DNA of 52,821 bases from Dimargaris cristalligena. Taxonomy: Eukaryota. This document shows positions 35,439 to 47,700 of this stretch, piece by piece; position 1 is the stretch's first letter; the number at the start of each line of letters is the position of its first letter. The stretch spans positions 1 through 52,821 of the forward strand of contig ML002270.1 in NCBI GenBank assembly GCA_003614675.1, in the 5' to 3' direction. Under the pieces are notes generated by a model. It worked only from the letters and a program-made list of their open reading frames with translations. It did not search any database and was not told where the DNA came from. Both the position numbers and the translations under genes were made by a program.

Positions 35439-37157
35439 ATGTCCGACAGCAAAATGTATCCTTCCCCTGACGGGGGTAAGGGCGACAACGAGACCCTATT
35501 CGGGGGTAAAGAAGAAAGTTTTCAGGCGACGGAGGAGCCCGGCCAATTGTCCGAAGAAGTCGTTCGGCCCATCGTACGCCGTATCGACTGGCGTTTGTTG
35601 CCCCTGCTTAACATAGTGTACATGTTCTGCTACCTCGACCGGTCCAATATCGGCAACGCTAAACTGTTGAGCCTCGAAGAGGACTTGGGGATCACGCAGG
35701 CGGGGTACTCTTGGGGCCTATCCATCTTCTTTATCGGTAAGTAAAGGTAGTAGTAATCTCCCATCTAAATGGCCCGTTCAATGCGACCGAATGGCATCTT
35801 CCGAGTGATATCCAACTAGAATAGAATATATTTTATTGCACATAAATTTACATTGGGTAGATACCATCCTAATGGCACCTCCATACTCCCGCATTGTGCT
35901 AATCTTACCTATGGTTATATTTAACCAATTCACGGTTACATCTGCGCAGGTTACATTTTATTCGAAGTGCCTTCTAACATGATGCTGAAGCGCTCCCGGC
36001 CGTCCCGCTGGCTGTCCTTTATCATTATAACCTGGGGTTCCTTCTGTGTCCTAATGGCGGCCAACTCGGGGACCGCCAGTTTGCTGGTGATTCGATTCCT
36101 GCTAGGGGCAGCCGAGGCCGGGTTTTTCCCTGGTGTGGTATTTTTCCTGACCCTGTGGTATAAACGCTCGGAAATGTGCACCCGTCTGGCGATTTTCTAC
36201 GGTGCATCGTCCATGGCCGGGGTCACGGGTGGTTTATTGGCCTACGCCATGCACGGCATGAACGGAGTGGCCGGTCTGGCCGCCTGGCGCTGGCTGTTCA
36301 TCATCGAGGGTGTCCCCACGGTACTCCTGGGGGTCCTGGTCTACTTTTGCTTAGCGGACAGTCCGTCGAGTGTCAAGTGGCTCACGCCCGAAGAGAAGGC
36401 CGTCACGCTGGCGCGCTTGCAGGTCACGGCCGTGAATGTGGTGGAACCGCCCGGTGTTCAATGGGCCGAGGTGCGCAGCACGTACGCGGACTACAAGACC
36501 TACCTGTACGGACTGATCCAGATTGGTATGGCCATCCCCACGTATTCCATGGCCTTTTTACTCCCCACGGTTATCAACAGTCTGGGATTCTCGTCCGTCA
36601 CGGCCCAATTGTTGACCGCCCCCGTATACTTCTTCGCCGCTTTGTTTTGTGTCGCGTTGGCGTTGCATTCCGACCGGCGCCAGGAACGGGCTTACCATGT
36701 GGCCTTCTCCTGCGCCCTGGGCATTCTGGGCCTGGTCCTGATTTCGTTCGTCCGGAATCAAGTGGCCCAGTATCTGGTGCTGTTGCTCGTGGTGGCCGGA
36801 GTCAACGGTTGCCATGCCGTTAACTTGGCGTGGGCTACGAATAATTCCCTCGGCCGGACTCGGGCCGCCGTAATTAGTGCCACCACCATTGCATTAGGTA
36901 ATTTCGGCGGTATCATTGCCGGCCAGATGTACCGTGCGACTGAGAAGCCCCATTATATTGCAAGTCACATGGGTAACAGCGTTTGCCTATTCGTGTGCGG
37001 TGCTTCGGCGGTCATGCTCAAACATATTTTGGCTAGGGAGAATCGGCGGGTAGAGGCCTTCCTGGGCAAGGCCCAGTTGGACCCTACTTTGTGGAACGAC
37101 CCCAGTATGATCCCATTCACCCTGAAACTCAATCGGGAATTCCGATACATGCTGTAG
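35439..37157 (+). CDS. MFS transporter, anion:cation symporter / allantoate permease family (Dal5/Tna1-like); 2 exons, about 501 aa
   Basis: Exons 35439-35736 and 35950-37157 (phase 1). Family motifs: RRIDWRLLP, YLDRSNIGNAKL, IFFIGYILFEVPSN, RFLLGAAEAGFFPG, LTLWYKRSE, AAWRWLFIIEG, WLTPEEK, SDRRQER; ends FRYML. Substrate cannot be determined from sequence. Confidence 0.95.
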
Positions 37158-37226
37158 ATTTTGGGATTTAGCAGCAAATTACATGCACCCGGGGTTTTAA
37201 GGCCTTACCGAGGCTATATATTATTA

Positions 37227-37250
37227 CTTATACTTATACTTATACTTATA
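37227..37250 (+). repeat. (CTTATA)4 microsatellite in the 3' region of the MFS gene
   Basis: Four perfect units read directly. Confidence 0.9.
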
Positions 37251-37573
37251 CGCACCCCTCCCCTCCATCGTCTACCAAGGCTACAACCCTTGTCCTCTTA
37301 AATTATGAGTGTGGCCAAAATACCCATTGACTATACTATACTTGCTATTCTTTATATTCCTATATATTCTTGGCTTTTGAACGTTTATCCATAACCCTCG
37401 TATTATTTCGCTTGAAGCGAATTAGGACACGGCAAATTATTATATCCTTATTTTTTTGGAATCAATCGATTAGAAATAAACCTCCCAAGCGTTAATTAAT
37501 ACAGCAGAGTCGTGCCAGTGGTAGTTGGGCTGGTCCATATTTATTACATATCAGGAAGGTGAATAGCATACGC

Positions 37574-40240
37574 CTAGTTCCGCCGGTCCTTATCAAAGTC
37601 CCGGACTTCGCACAGAGTCCGTCGGTATCGGTGGTATTCCTAATCATTATTATAATGGACATCGGGGTATAGATATTATTAATACAAAATTAATGGATTT
37701 AACATGGAAAGGATCAAGGTCTTTGAAAGGAGGGGGCGATGGCAATGTCGTTATTTTCCTTTATAGCTAGATGAAGGCCCCCCGTTTCCATATGAATAAA
37801 CAGGGCACTTAAAAACACTTAATATATTACTTACATGGGATATAACGGGCCGATTTTCCAACCAGGTCACCAGTTCTTCCGCCTGTAGAGGTGGATTGAG
37901 GTCATCATCAGGCCGATCCAGGAGGCCGAGTTCTTTGATCCCGCCACTAATGTGTTGGGCGATTCGCATTATAAGATGGAACAAGTAATGGTGCAAGGTA
38001 TGATAGGCTCCACTACGTATTTTGCAGAAGCTACCAACTAGAAAAGATATGTCATGACGATCGGTAGAGCGGGATTTAGATGATATAGGCTCGCTATCGG
38101 TTCCGGGCTCGGCCTCAGACTCGGATTCGGATTTGGAATCACTCTCAGAGTCGCCCCCGTTGTACCGACCGAGTAGGTCTAATAACATAGTGGGCCGTTG
38201 AATAGCGTCATCAGAGAGCGACCGGAAATACCGAAGCACTGTGCGAATGGGGGCCTGGGGTTGAGTAGAATGGTGTGGCAGTTAGTGAACAGGCCCAGTT
38301 ATTTATACAAAGATATTAGTATAAAGGTATCAACCCACCCTTTTCCAAAGACATGGGTTTATGTTATACTGAACCCAAAGTATGGTTATATGGTTTGTAT
38401 TAGAATTAAAGGAGAAGTACAATTATAATTCACGGGATGGGCGAACTATTGTGATATTATGGCACCTACCTGTGATATTTTTTTGGAGTCGTACTTGGGG
38501 CCACAAAATGTCATTTCATGGGAAGCCATTCGGTTTGCAAAGTGGCAAGCCTGACACTGCCCCCCCGCGAGATAGGGGGCGAGTTGAAAAAAAGGACGGC
38601 TAATGAGTTGTTGCTAGGGTGTCACCAGTCAAAAAATGGAGACATGTATAGTTGGAATTGGGCCTGTTAATATCCCGGTAATAACTCTAAAGCGACTAGA
38701 GGCGCAGAGCCGGCACATAGATTAACCGGGTTCCCTGGAATAAAGAGCCTCATATATTTAGTGATATTGGCCGCGGTACTTACCCGGAAATCGGAATTCC
38801 ACGCACAGCTGGACAATACACTTTCTTTTAAAGTGCTGATTTGATTGTTGATTGACCGGTACGGAATTTCAAAATAGTTGACTGGGTTAATGGTACGGGA
38901 ATAATAATAGAAAAATAGATGGTTTAACAAGTACGTTGGAGATACAGAATTCCGTGGTGCAGTGTTTATACCATTTGGGACTCTGCTCCCAGATGGGTGG
39001 AGCTACATTACACTACCATCGGGTGGACTGCCCCTAGTCTTATAAACTTACAAATGTCCTCTTCCATCCCCTGAAGGGAGCCCTCCCCTAAAAGGAGGTG
39101 CACGAAATACTGAATCACCACTTTGAATGAATTGATGCCATCGTTGAGGGACGACAGGCTAAACTCCGCGGGTAGGGCGACTAAACCAACGTCGGCGGCA
39201 TTATCGCCTGAATCCGCGGAATCGCCAGCCCGGTGGCCCAGCGGAGAATCATCAATGAAATTCGCTAAGCCGTGTTCATCCAGGGCATCGGACTCATCAC
39301 TTGGTTCGCTTGAATCACTCTGGACGGTACGTTTAGTCGGTGGCTTCTGTGTGCGGTCGGACCAAAAGATGTTATTGGGGTTAGCGGGGGAATGGGGCGT
39401 GGATCGGCGAACTAGGCGGCGGCCTAGGCCCCGCGGGGGTTCCGGTTCGGGAGTTGTCTCGGTAGTGGAGTCCGCCGAGTCCGAAGACTCGCTCAAAACT
39501 TGGGGAGCGGCGGAGCGGAGCTTTTCGATCAGTCGCCGCTTGGTCCGGTGACGATCACGAGGGCCCGTGACGATGAGGGAAGTGTCAAGATTGTCCACCT
39601 CCTCTTGCATATCCTGTTCGGTACGTGCGGCCGTTTCCCGGGACGCCGGGCGAGGGGATGCGCATTTGACGGGTGTCCGGGCAAGTCGGCTTAATTTGGA
39701 TTGTGCGGTGACTTCCCGGGTGGGGGTCTGGCCGGCCATTAACCCCGATGAGGGCGGGGGTTTGAGCACGGGATCCCGCGTAATTTCGACATGGGTAGCG
39801 AAACCATAATTATTATTGGAGATGATAGGGTAGGCACTGTCCGCCTTGTGGGCCTCCAAGTACTCGGTTTTGGTGACCCGGCGTAGAAGCTGGTTGAGCG
39901 TGAGCTGCCCCGGCTTAACCGCCTTTGCTTTGGCTTTTAAGGCGGTTGGCCGGGCGGTCTTGCGGGGTGCGGCTATAGACGGAGTCCGTGGTGGGGGTTT
40001 GGGCGATTGGGAGGCTATAGGCCATTTGTTTACCTCTGGCGACAAGGGTGGGGCCACAGGAAGTTTGCCTTCGAAAGCGGGGGTTTTCGGGGCCGGGTCA
40101 ATGGTAATGACGATGGCCTCGGAAGGGGTCTGGTTTAGATCGGTCTTTTCAACCAACGCAGGGGAGGGGGGACTCTTCTGAGGGGTGTTGGGAGCCTTCG
40201 TGAAGAATCCCCCTAGTTTAGTCTGGCGGGGTCGCGACAT
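37574..40240 (-). CDS. DUF4211 / CCDC82-like protein with a long disordered N-terminus; 5 exons, about 638 aa (possible extra 30-nt exon)
   Basis: Exons 40240-39052, 38881-38784, 38613-38470, 38254-37835 and 37639-37574 are all GT-AG and frame-consistent. Motifs as I recall them for the family: SFKVVIQYFVH, YFEIPY, SSCAWNSDFRQQLISRP, CQAC...FCGPKYD, FLVGSFCKIRSGAYHTLHHYLFHL. Confidence 0.8.
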
Positions 40241-40693
40241 TTGCAGAAGTGGTGAGTTGACTGATATATATATGGAAAGGGTGAAAGCGGATAAGTTTAA
40301 CCAGTGGTTATCGACGTGGGGGGAGAGAGAGTCACAGAGGCTGGTGGAACCCTCTTCCCACAAAAAAATCAGGAGTCGGGAAAAAGCGCTAGTGAGTGGG
40401 ACTTATTATGCTTCGCCCGCCGTAGGAGACAACGGCGCTTTACAGGTCAGATTGGCAGTGCTAACCCATGATTACTGTTGGCTGAATTATGCATTAGTCT
40501 TGCCAAGGGGGAGAATCCATGGGTTCCTTCTTTTATGGAGAAGGTTTTGGGGGATGAATTAGCGAGAACTCTCTATACTCCGCACTAGTGAACATGCCGA
40601 TCTCTTCTCTATATCCACTGGTCAATGATAGTGGAATTGTAAACCCCTTTAATGGTGCTGTCGGGGAAGATGGATCATGGGCCAATCGCACAT

Positions 40694-41055
40694 CCAAATC
40701 AGGTGGTTTGTTTATGTTTACATTTACATTTGCGTTTACGTTGGCCAGCCTTCGTTCCTGGTTGTAAAGGCATCGCCATCTTTAATTGGCCTTAATAAAA
40801 TAGTCTAGCCAGTCTTCTTATAAAATCTACAAGCCAGACGGTGCTACACTAAAAGCAACGGCTCTATCCGTTGCGGGGATTGTTTACCTTTGGCAGAGCC
40901 CAACTCCCATATAGCGGAGTTTAAAGCGAGATGCCCACAGAAACCCCCCTCGGCTTTGGCACACTCTCCGTTCCTGCCAGGCGCATACACCGTTTGCCCC
41001 ATCCGGCATCTATATTAATACAGGCAGGCCCTGGCGTGTCCTAAGCGTTGTTTAC
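40694..41055. promoter_or_regulatory. Forkhead-type binding-site cluster in the divergent promoter of myosin II and the DUF4211 gene
   Basis: TGTTTAT at 40709, TGTTTAC at 40715, 40881 and 41049, and CGTTTAC at 40733. CArG/Mcm1-like CCAAATCAGG at 40694-40703. Confidence 0.45.
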
Positions 41056-41462
41056 CCTACTTCTTCAGGCCCCTTCCCTCGCCTTCCCTCCTTCTCTCTC
41101 TCTTTCTTTCTCTCTGTCCTTGGTTTCGTTTTTCAAATACCTGTTCTGTCTGTTGAACTCAAACTCCTTACCTATACGCTCTCCCAACTACTCGGTTGCG
41201 ATCGGGTGGTACACCGTGGTTTACATATTTGCTGTTATTTATTCTATCTATTGCGTCGTGCCGACGTTCCTTCTATTAAGTCTCGGCCGTTCCCTATTAT
41301 CCAGCCATACTTCTCTTGGTCGATTGACCACCCTTCGACTGCCTCAAGTCTTCCAGCCAACCCCTCCGTTTAGCGGAATCACATCCCGGCGGTTGACCCC
41401 CTCCCCTCCCCTTCAGGTGACCCTGCTTATCCTAACTCGCTTTATTCCCAGACTGCTCTGCG

Positions 41463-41723
41463 GTAAGTTCTACCATCCGGGAACCGGGCGCATATAGCCC
41501 GGCGCTGACAAGCTTTAACCACCTTGGACCACAAGGCTCCAGCGGGGGGCCTAATCAACTCCTCGTTAAACAGCCACTAGCCCCTTCTACTCGGTTATAT
41601 TCTGTCCTAAGTATAGGGCCCGTGGTTGAGCCGCCTCCCTTGATCTAGTGGATATATATATCTACCGCCACTCTAACCCCCCTATATAAATATGCATATT
41701 CCCTTTCTATCAACATGATTCAG
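41463..41723 (+). other. Probable 5'-UTR intron of the myosin II gene
   Basis: Donor G|GTAAGT at 41463, CTCTAAC branch-like motif near 41671, and acceptor TTCAG at 41723 (alternative CCAG at 41731) just before the ATG at 41734. Confidence 0.6.
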
Positions 41724-41733
41724 CCCTCCAGCC

Positions 41734-44700
41734 ATGCTCGGATCCATATCACCGACACCGTCGTACACGACTTCCCGCCATAACGAGCTCAAAAAGCTTT
41801 CGGGGTCGAAAGTACACGATGAGATAGCACAGGCCAATTTCTCCGATAAGCGGTACGTATGGGTACCCGACGTCGAAAAGGGCTACGAGCTCGGGTATAT
41901 CGTGAGGGAGGAGGTTAACGACGACGTCATTGTCCATCTCCAAAACGGTCAGGTAAGATAAACCCCCGAAACCGGTTTAGCCCTTGATTGATGTGGATCG
42001 ATCAAAGTGGGTACCAATTTGGTCTGATCTAGACATACTATCCAAATAGCCGGGAACTCTGTCATTTAATCAGTCGGCTGCCACAGTCTCTGATTCTAAG
42101 GGTAGCGTTTTTCACCTTCCCAAACACACCCCATCATTGGGTGGATCCCCAAATCCCCTATCTTTTGCAACATTGGTTGACCTACAATCTACTAGGGGCG
42201 TGTCGCTTACCACAAGTTTACTACTCCCCCATTACTCACCATTTCCCAACTACCTATTTTATTAGGAATACCTGGTCAGTAATAACGACCTTGAAAAGGT
42301 TAATCCGCCTAAATTCGACAAGGTCGAAGACATGGCGGATCTGGGTTACCTAAACGAAGCGTCCGTAGTACATAACCTCAAATTGCGCTACTACGACAAC
42401 CTCATTTACACCTATTCCGGCCTTTTCTTGGTGGCCGTGAATCCGTATTACAACTTCCCTATTTATACGGATGAGATCCTCAAGTCCTATCGCGGCAAAA
42501 AGCGGGGCGAGATCGCGCCCCACATCTTTGCTATTTCTGATACGGCGTACCAGTCTATGCTCCAGCACCGGGAGAACCAGTCCATTCTGATTACGTAAGT
42601 CCGAGGTTAATAGTCACTCTTGCCTACCCCAGTACTTGAACTAGTTCACTCTCGGCCACTTACATCGCACCCCCGCGTAATCCTATGCCTCCTTCGGAAT
42701 GTCTAATCGAGTCTTATTATTAATTGCCTCTAACCTCCCTACCTATGCGAACCCTCAGCGGTGAGTCGGGTGCCGGTAAAACCGAAAACACCAAAAAGGT
42801 TATCCAGTACCTCACCGGCATCGCCAGCGAAAGGTCCAAGACAAAGTCCGCCACCAACACCCTTGAGCAACAGATTCTTCGAGCCAATCCCATCCTCGAA
42901 GCATTCGGTAATGCCAAGACGGTGCGCAATAACAACTCTTCCCGCTTCGGTAAATTTATCCGCATCGCGTTCAACAACAGCGGGTACATTTCTGGGGCGT
43001 ACATCGATTGGTATTTGTTTGAGAAGTCCCGCGTCACCCATCAGTCCTCCAAAGAGCGTAACTACCACGTCTTTTACCAACTTCTTAAGGGCGCCCCTGC
43101 CGAGCTCAAGAAGGAGCTCCTGCTCGATGGCGGGTTGAATGACTACACTTATGTACGCGAATCACTCAAGGAAATCGACGGTGTCGATGATGCCCACGAC
43201 TTTAAATTGCTGCTGGAGTCGTTGACCATCATGGACTTTGCCCCCGAGCTCCAGAAGAACCTATTCCGCATTCTTGCCTCGGTTCTCCACCTGGGTAATA
43301 TCAAGGTCACCTCGAGTCGGGATGACCAGGCTATGATGTCGGAGTCGGTCGCCGCCGAGAAGGTCTGCCACCTTTTGGGTATCCCTTTAGCCGACTTTAC
43401 CAAAGGTCTACTGCGTCCCCGAATGAAGGCCGGTCGCGACTGGGTTACCCAAGCCCGTACCGTCCAACAGGTCACCTACTCGTTGGAGGCCCTGGCTCGT
43501 CATCTGTACGAACGCATGTTCGGTAAATTGATCGATCGGATCAACTCTACTATTGATCGCCCGAGCAGTAAGAGCGGTTTCATTGGTGTGTTGGATATTG
43601 CGGGCTTCGAAATCTTTGAAGTCAACAGCTTTGAGCAGCTGTGCATCAACTACACCAATGAACGCCTCCAGCAATTCTTCAATCACCACATGTTTGTCCT
43701 CGAACAAGAGGAGTACAAACGCGAGGGCATCGACTGGCAGTTTATCGACTTTGGTCTGGACTTGCAACCCACCATTGACTTAATCGAGAAGACTAACCCG
43801 ATTGGTATCCTGTCGTGTTTGGATGAAGAATGTGTGATGCCCAAAGCCACTGACCGTACGTTCACCGACAAACTACACAGCCTGTGGCGTGGGAGGTCCA
43901 CCCAGTATGAGGCCCCGCGCTTCAAACAGGGTTTCATCGTACAGCACTACGCTTCGCAGGTCGAGTACTCCACCGACGGCTGGCTAGACAAGAATAAGGA
44001 CCCCCTCAATGAGAACATCACCCGCCTGTTGGCCCAATCCACCGAATCCTTTGTCGCCCAACTCTTCGTCGATTACAAAGAGACCACCCCGGAGCCCACC
44101 CAAACCCGGGGTCGTGCCAAGCGCGGGGCCTTCCGTACGGTAGGCCAGCGCCACAAGGAGCAGCTCAACTCGCTCATGACTCAGCTGTACTCCACCGACC
44201 CGCATTTTGTCCGGTGTATCATTCCCAACGAACAGAAGATTCCGAAAGTGATCAATACACCACTGGTTCTGGAGCAGCTTCGTTGTAACGGTGTGTTGGA
44301 GGGCATTCGTATTTGTCGCCAGGGCTTCCCTAATCGCCTACCCTTCCCCGAGTTCCGTCAGCGTTACGAGATCCTCGCCCCCAGTGCCATCGGACGCGGG
44401 TTCGTTGATAGTAAGCAAGCCGCGGTGTTGCTATTGGCCGCCCTTCAGATGGACCCTACCCAGTTCCGCGTGGGCCATAGCAAGGTGTTTTTCCGGGCCG
44501 GTATTCTACCTGAACTGGAAGAGATCCGCGACGTTAAACTGTCCCAAATTATCTCCAACTTCCAGGCCTTTTGCCGTGGCCATCTAGCACGGCGTCAACT
44601 CCGGCGCCGGTTAGACCAGGCAAAGGCCATTCGGGTCATCCAAAAGAACGCGCGGGTTTACGTCCAGCTACGCGAGTGGGCCTGGTGGCGTCTATACACC

Positions 44701-47700
44701 CAGGTTAAGCCCCTACTCCAGGTGACTCGCATTGACGAGGAAATCAAGCTGAAGGAGGAGACAATCCTGCGACTCGAGACGCGATTAGCCGAGCAGGTCA
44801 CGCACCAACAGGAACTCCAAGCCACCCACGACCATCTGGTCGCCGAGAAGAAAAAGGTACAGGTAATGCTGGACTCCGAGCGTAACCTGGCCCTGGATCA
44901 GGAGGCTATTCTGAAGCGTACCCAGGAGCGCGAAGTAAGCCTGGAAGAGAGCCTCCGTGAACACTCCGCCGAACTTGAGCGCCTGGAGCAGGTCTGCGAG
45001 GAATTAGGCCAGGCCAAGGTAGTGGCGGAGTCGAAATTGCAGGAGATGGCCGCCAAGCTAACTGACGAGGCCGTCGTACTCGAGACCTTGGGTCAGGAAA
45101 AGCAGTCCCGCGACCAACAGATTGCCGAAGTTCAGGCCCAGCTCGAGGCCGAGGCCGCCAAGTACCAAGCTCTGGTGGAAGAGCACACCGATAAGGTTGC
45201 CCGCCTGGAGCAAGCCGTAGAGGCCCTGGAGTCCGGCGAGATCCGTCAAATTGAGTTGGAGAAGCAGGTCCAAAAGCTCCAAGGCGATATCGCCGGCCTG
45301 GAAGAGCGTCTGCAGAGCGAATCCCAAGAGCGTTCTGTCCTGGGGTCCGAACGATCCACCCTTGAGGAGTCCATAGCCCAACTGCGCCAGGAACTGGACA
45401 CCGTTGTGGCCGATCGTGATACTTGGCGCAACCGACACAGTGAGAAAACTAGCGAATGGGAGACTCTAACCGCACGGTTGAAGGCCAGCCAGGCTGACCG
45501 GGAGACCCTGGATAAGCAGGCCCGCGACCTCACCGTTAAGCTCGACTCCTTCCAACAGGAGCTGGCCGCCGGACAGGCCGAACGGGAGCGCCTAGTGAAT
45601 CAGCGAGTGCAGCTTGAGGCGGAGTTGGACGGGATCCGTCAGCTAGCCAACGCCAAGATGGACGAGGAAACCAAGCAAACGGAAATGGCCCGGCTTCGCG
45701 AAGAAGAGTTGGGCAAGGTGCGCCAATCCCTGGTCCTGGTTCAGACAGAGCTCGATGATACACGTAAGAAACACGTCCAAACTACTGAGGTGTTGCGCAC
45801 CGAGCTACAGGACACCCAGCACGCCCACAAGGTTCTAACGGAAAACCACGGCCAGGCCACCAGTACCCTCGATGAGCTCACCCAACGACTAGAGCAACTT
45901 ACCGCCACCGTACACGAACTGGAAGACTCCAAACGCAAGTTGCAGGCTGAGCTCGATTCCCGGGGGGCCAAGCTCACTCACACCGGATCGGAGGTTGCCA
46001 AACTGACTGAGGCCAAGGCCACCGTCGAGTCCGAATTGGGCGTGATCAAGGACCAGTTTACTCAGTTGGACGTGGACTACGCAGAATCCGAGCAGAAGCG
46101 CATCGCCGCTGAACACGCTCTCGCTACTTTACAAGAGGAGAAGACCGAGGCCCAGCGGCAACGGGATAACCTGCAGGATGCACGGACCCGTATGGATACT
46201 GAGCTCGCCGAACTGCGGGGGCGTCTCGAGGAAATGGACACCAATCGTGAGGAACTCCAGAGTCGCTTAGCTCAGGCCACTGCCGAGATTGAGGAGCTCA
46301 AGGAACAGCACCATGGCGAAACGCTGCTGCTGAAGTCATCCCTGGAGGATGGGCGCCGCAAGGTTGAAGCCGATCTCACCGAGGCCCGTACCAAACTCGA
46401 GGAACTGGAGCGTACCAATGCGGCCCTAGAAAAGGCCAAGAGCCGCCTTGTCACCGAGGTGGAAGATCTGAAGCACGAGATTGAGCGCGAACACACCCTG
46501 GTGCGGTCGTCCGATAAAGCGGGCAAGCAGCTGGAGGCCCAGCTTAAGGAATTCCATAACCAATTGGACAACGAACGCAAGCAACGCGACCAGACCGAGT
46601 CCCAACTGCGCAAGCTTCAGGGCACTCTCGAATCAACCCAAGCCGAGGTGGAGGAGAAGGCCAAACAACTGACTGTGATTCAGCGCAGCAAGGGCGACCT
46701 CGAGAAGGAACTGCAGGGTCTGATTGACGAAATTGGCGATGGTGCTCGCAACGTCCACGAACTCGAAAAGTCCAAGCGCCAACTCGAGGCCCAAATGGAA
46801 GGTCTAGAATCTCAGCTCGAATTCGAGAAGAGCGAGCGGCTGAAGACCGAGGAGATCAAGCGTCGGTTCGAGGAACAGCAGGCCGAGTTCCGCCAACAGG
46901 TCGAGTCCGAGCTGCGAGAGAAGGACGGTCAAATGGAAGAAGGCCGTCGCCTCCTTCTCAAGGAAGTCAACGCGCTGGGCGAACGACTGGACGAAGAGCT
47001 GGCGGCCAAGATGGAACTGCTTAAGGTTAAGAAGCGCCTCGAGGCCGAGTACGCCGAACTAACCTCTACGGTCGACCACTCGGCCAAATCCAAGTCCGAG
47101 CTGGAGCAGGCCAAGAAGCGGGCTGAGACCAGTCTGCGTGAGTTGCAAGTGCAATTTGAAACCGAACGCAAGGCCCGCAGTGACCTCGAGGAGCTGGCCA
47201 AGCGTCACGAGAAGAAATCCAGTACCCTCCAAACTCAGATGGAACACCTAGAGGGCCAATTTGATTCGCTGGAGCGCGCTCGCCGCCAAATGGAGAAGCG
47301 CCTGGATGAAGTGACGATTGAAGCGGCTGCCCACCTTAACTCGCGCAACTCCCTTCAGGACATGGTCAAGAAACTCAAGGCCGAGCTACAGACCGTGCGT
47401 ACTCAACTCAACGACGTTAGTGAAGCCCGGTCGACCTTGGAGAAGGCCCGCGAGGTGGGCAACACGGAGCTGGAGTACCTCAAGACCAAGGTCAAGCAGG
47501 ACATGGAAGCCCGCCTGGAGAAACTCGAGGAGTCCCGCCGCGCCCTAATGGCCGCTCTACGACTGGCCCAGCAGGAGAACGAGGACAAGCAGCACGAGGT
47601 CGAAAGTGGCGAAACCCTCCGCCGCGACCTTCAGGGCGAAGTGGATCAACTCAAAGCCCGACTGGAGGCCGAGATTCTGCGCCGGTCGGATGACGAATCG

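Noticed and set aside
37751..37834. C-terminal extension VSNILSVFKCPVYSYGNGGPSSSYKGK of the 162-aa ORF
   Set aside because: It begins at a perfect GTAAGT donor, and a downstream exon (37639-37574) supplies a more plausible C-terminus, so this is read-through into an intron.
40241..40363. N-terminal extension of the 451-aa ORF from a non-ATG start
   Set aside because: It is UTR-like sequence. The first ATG at 40240 puts the PIP-box motif at the N-terminus.
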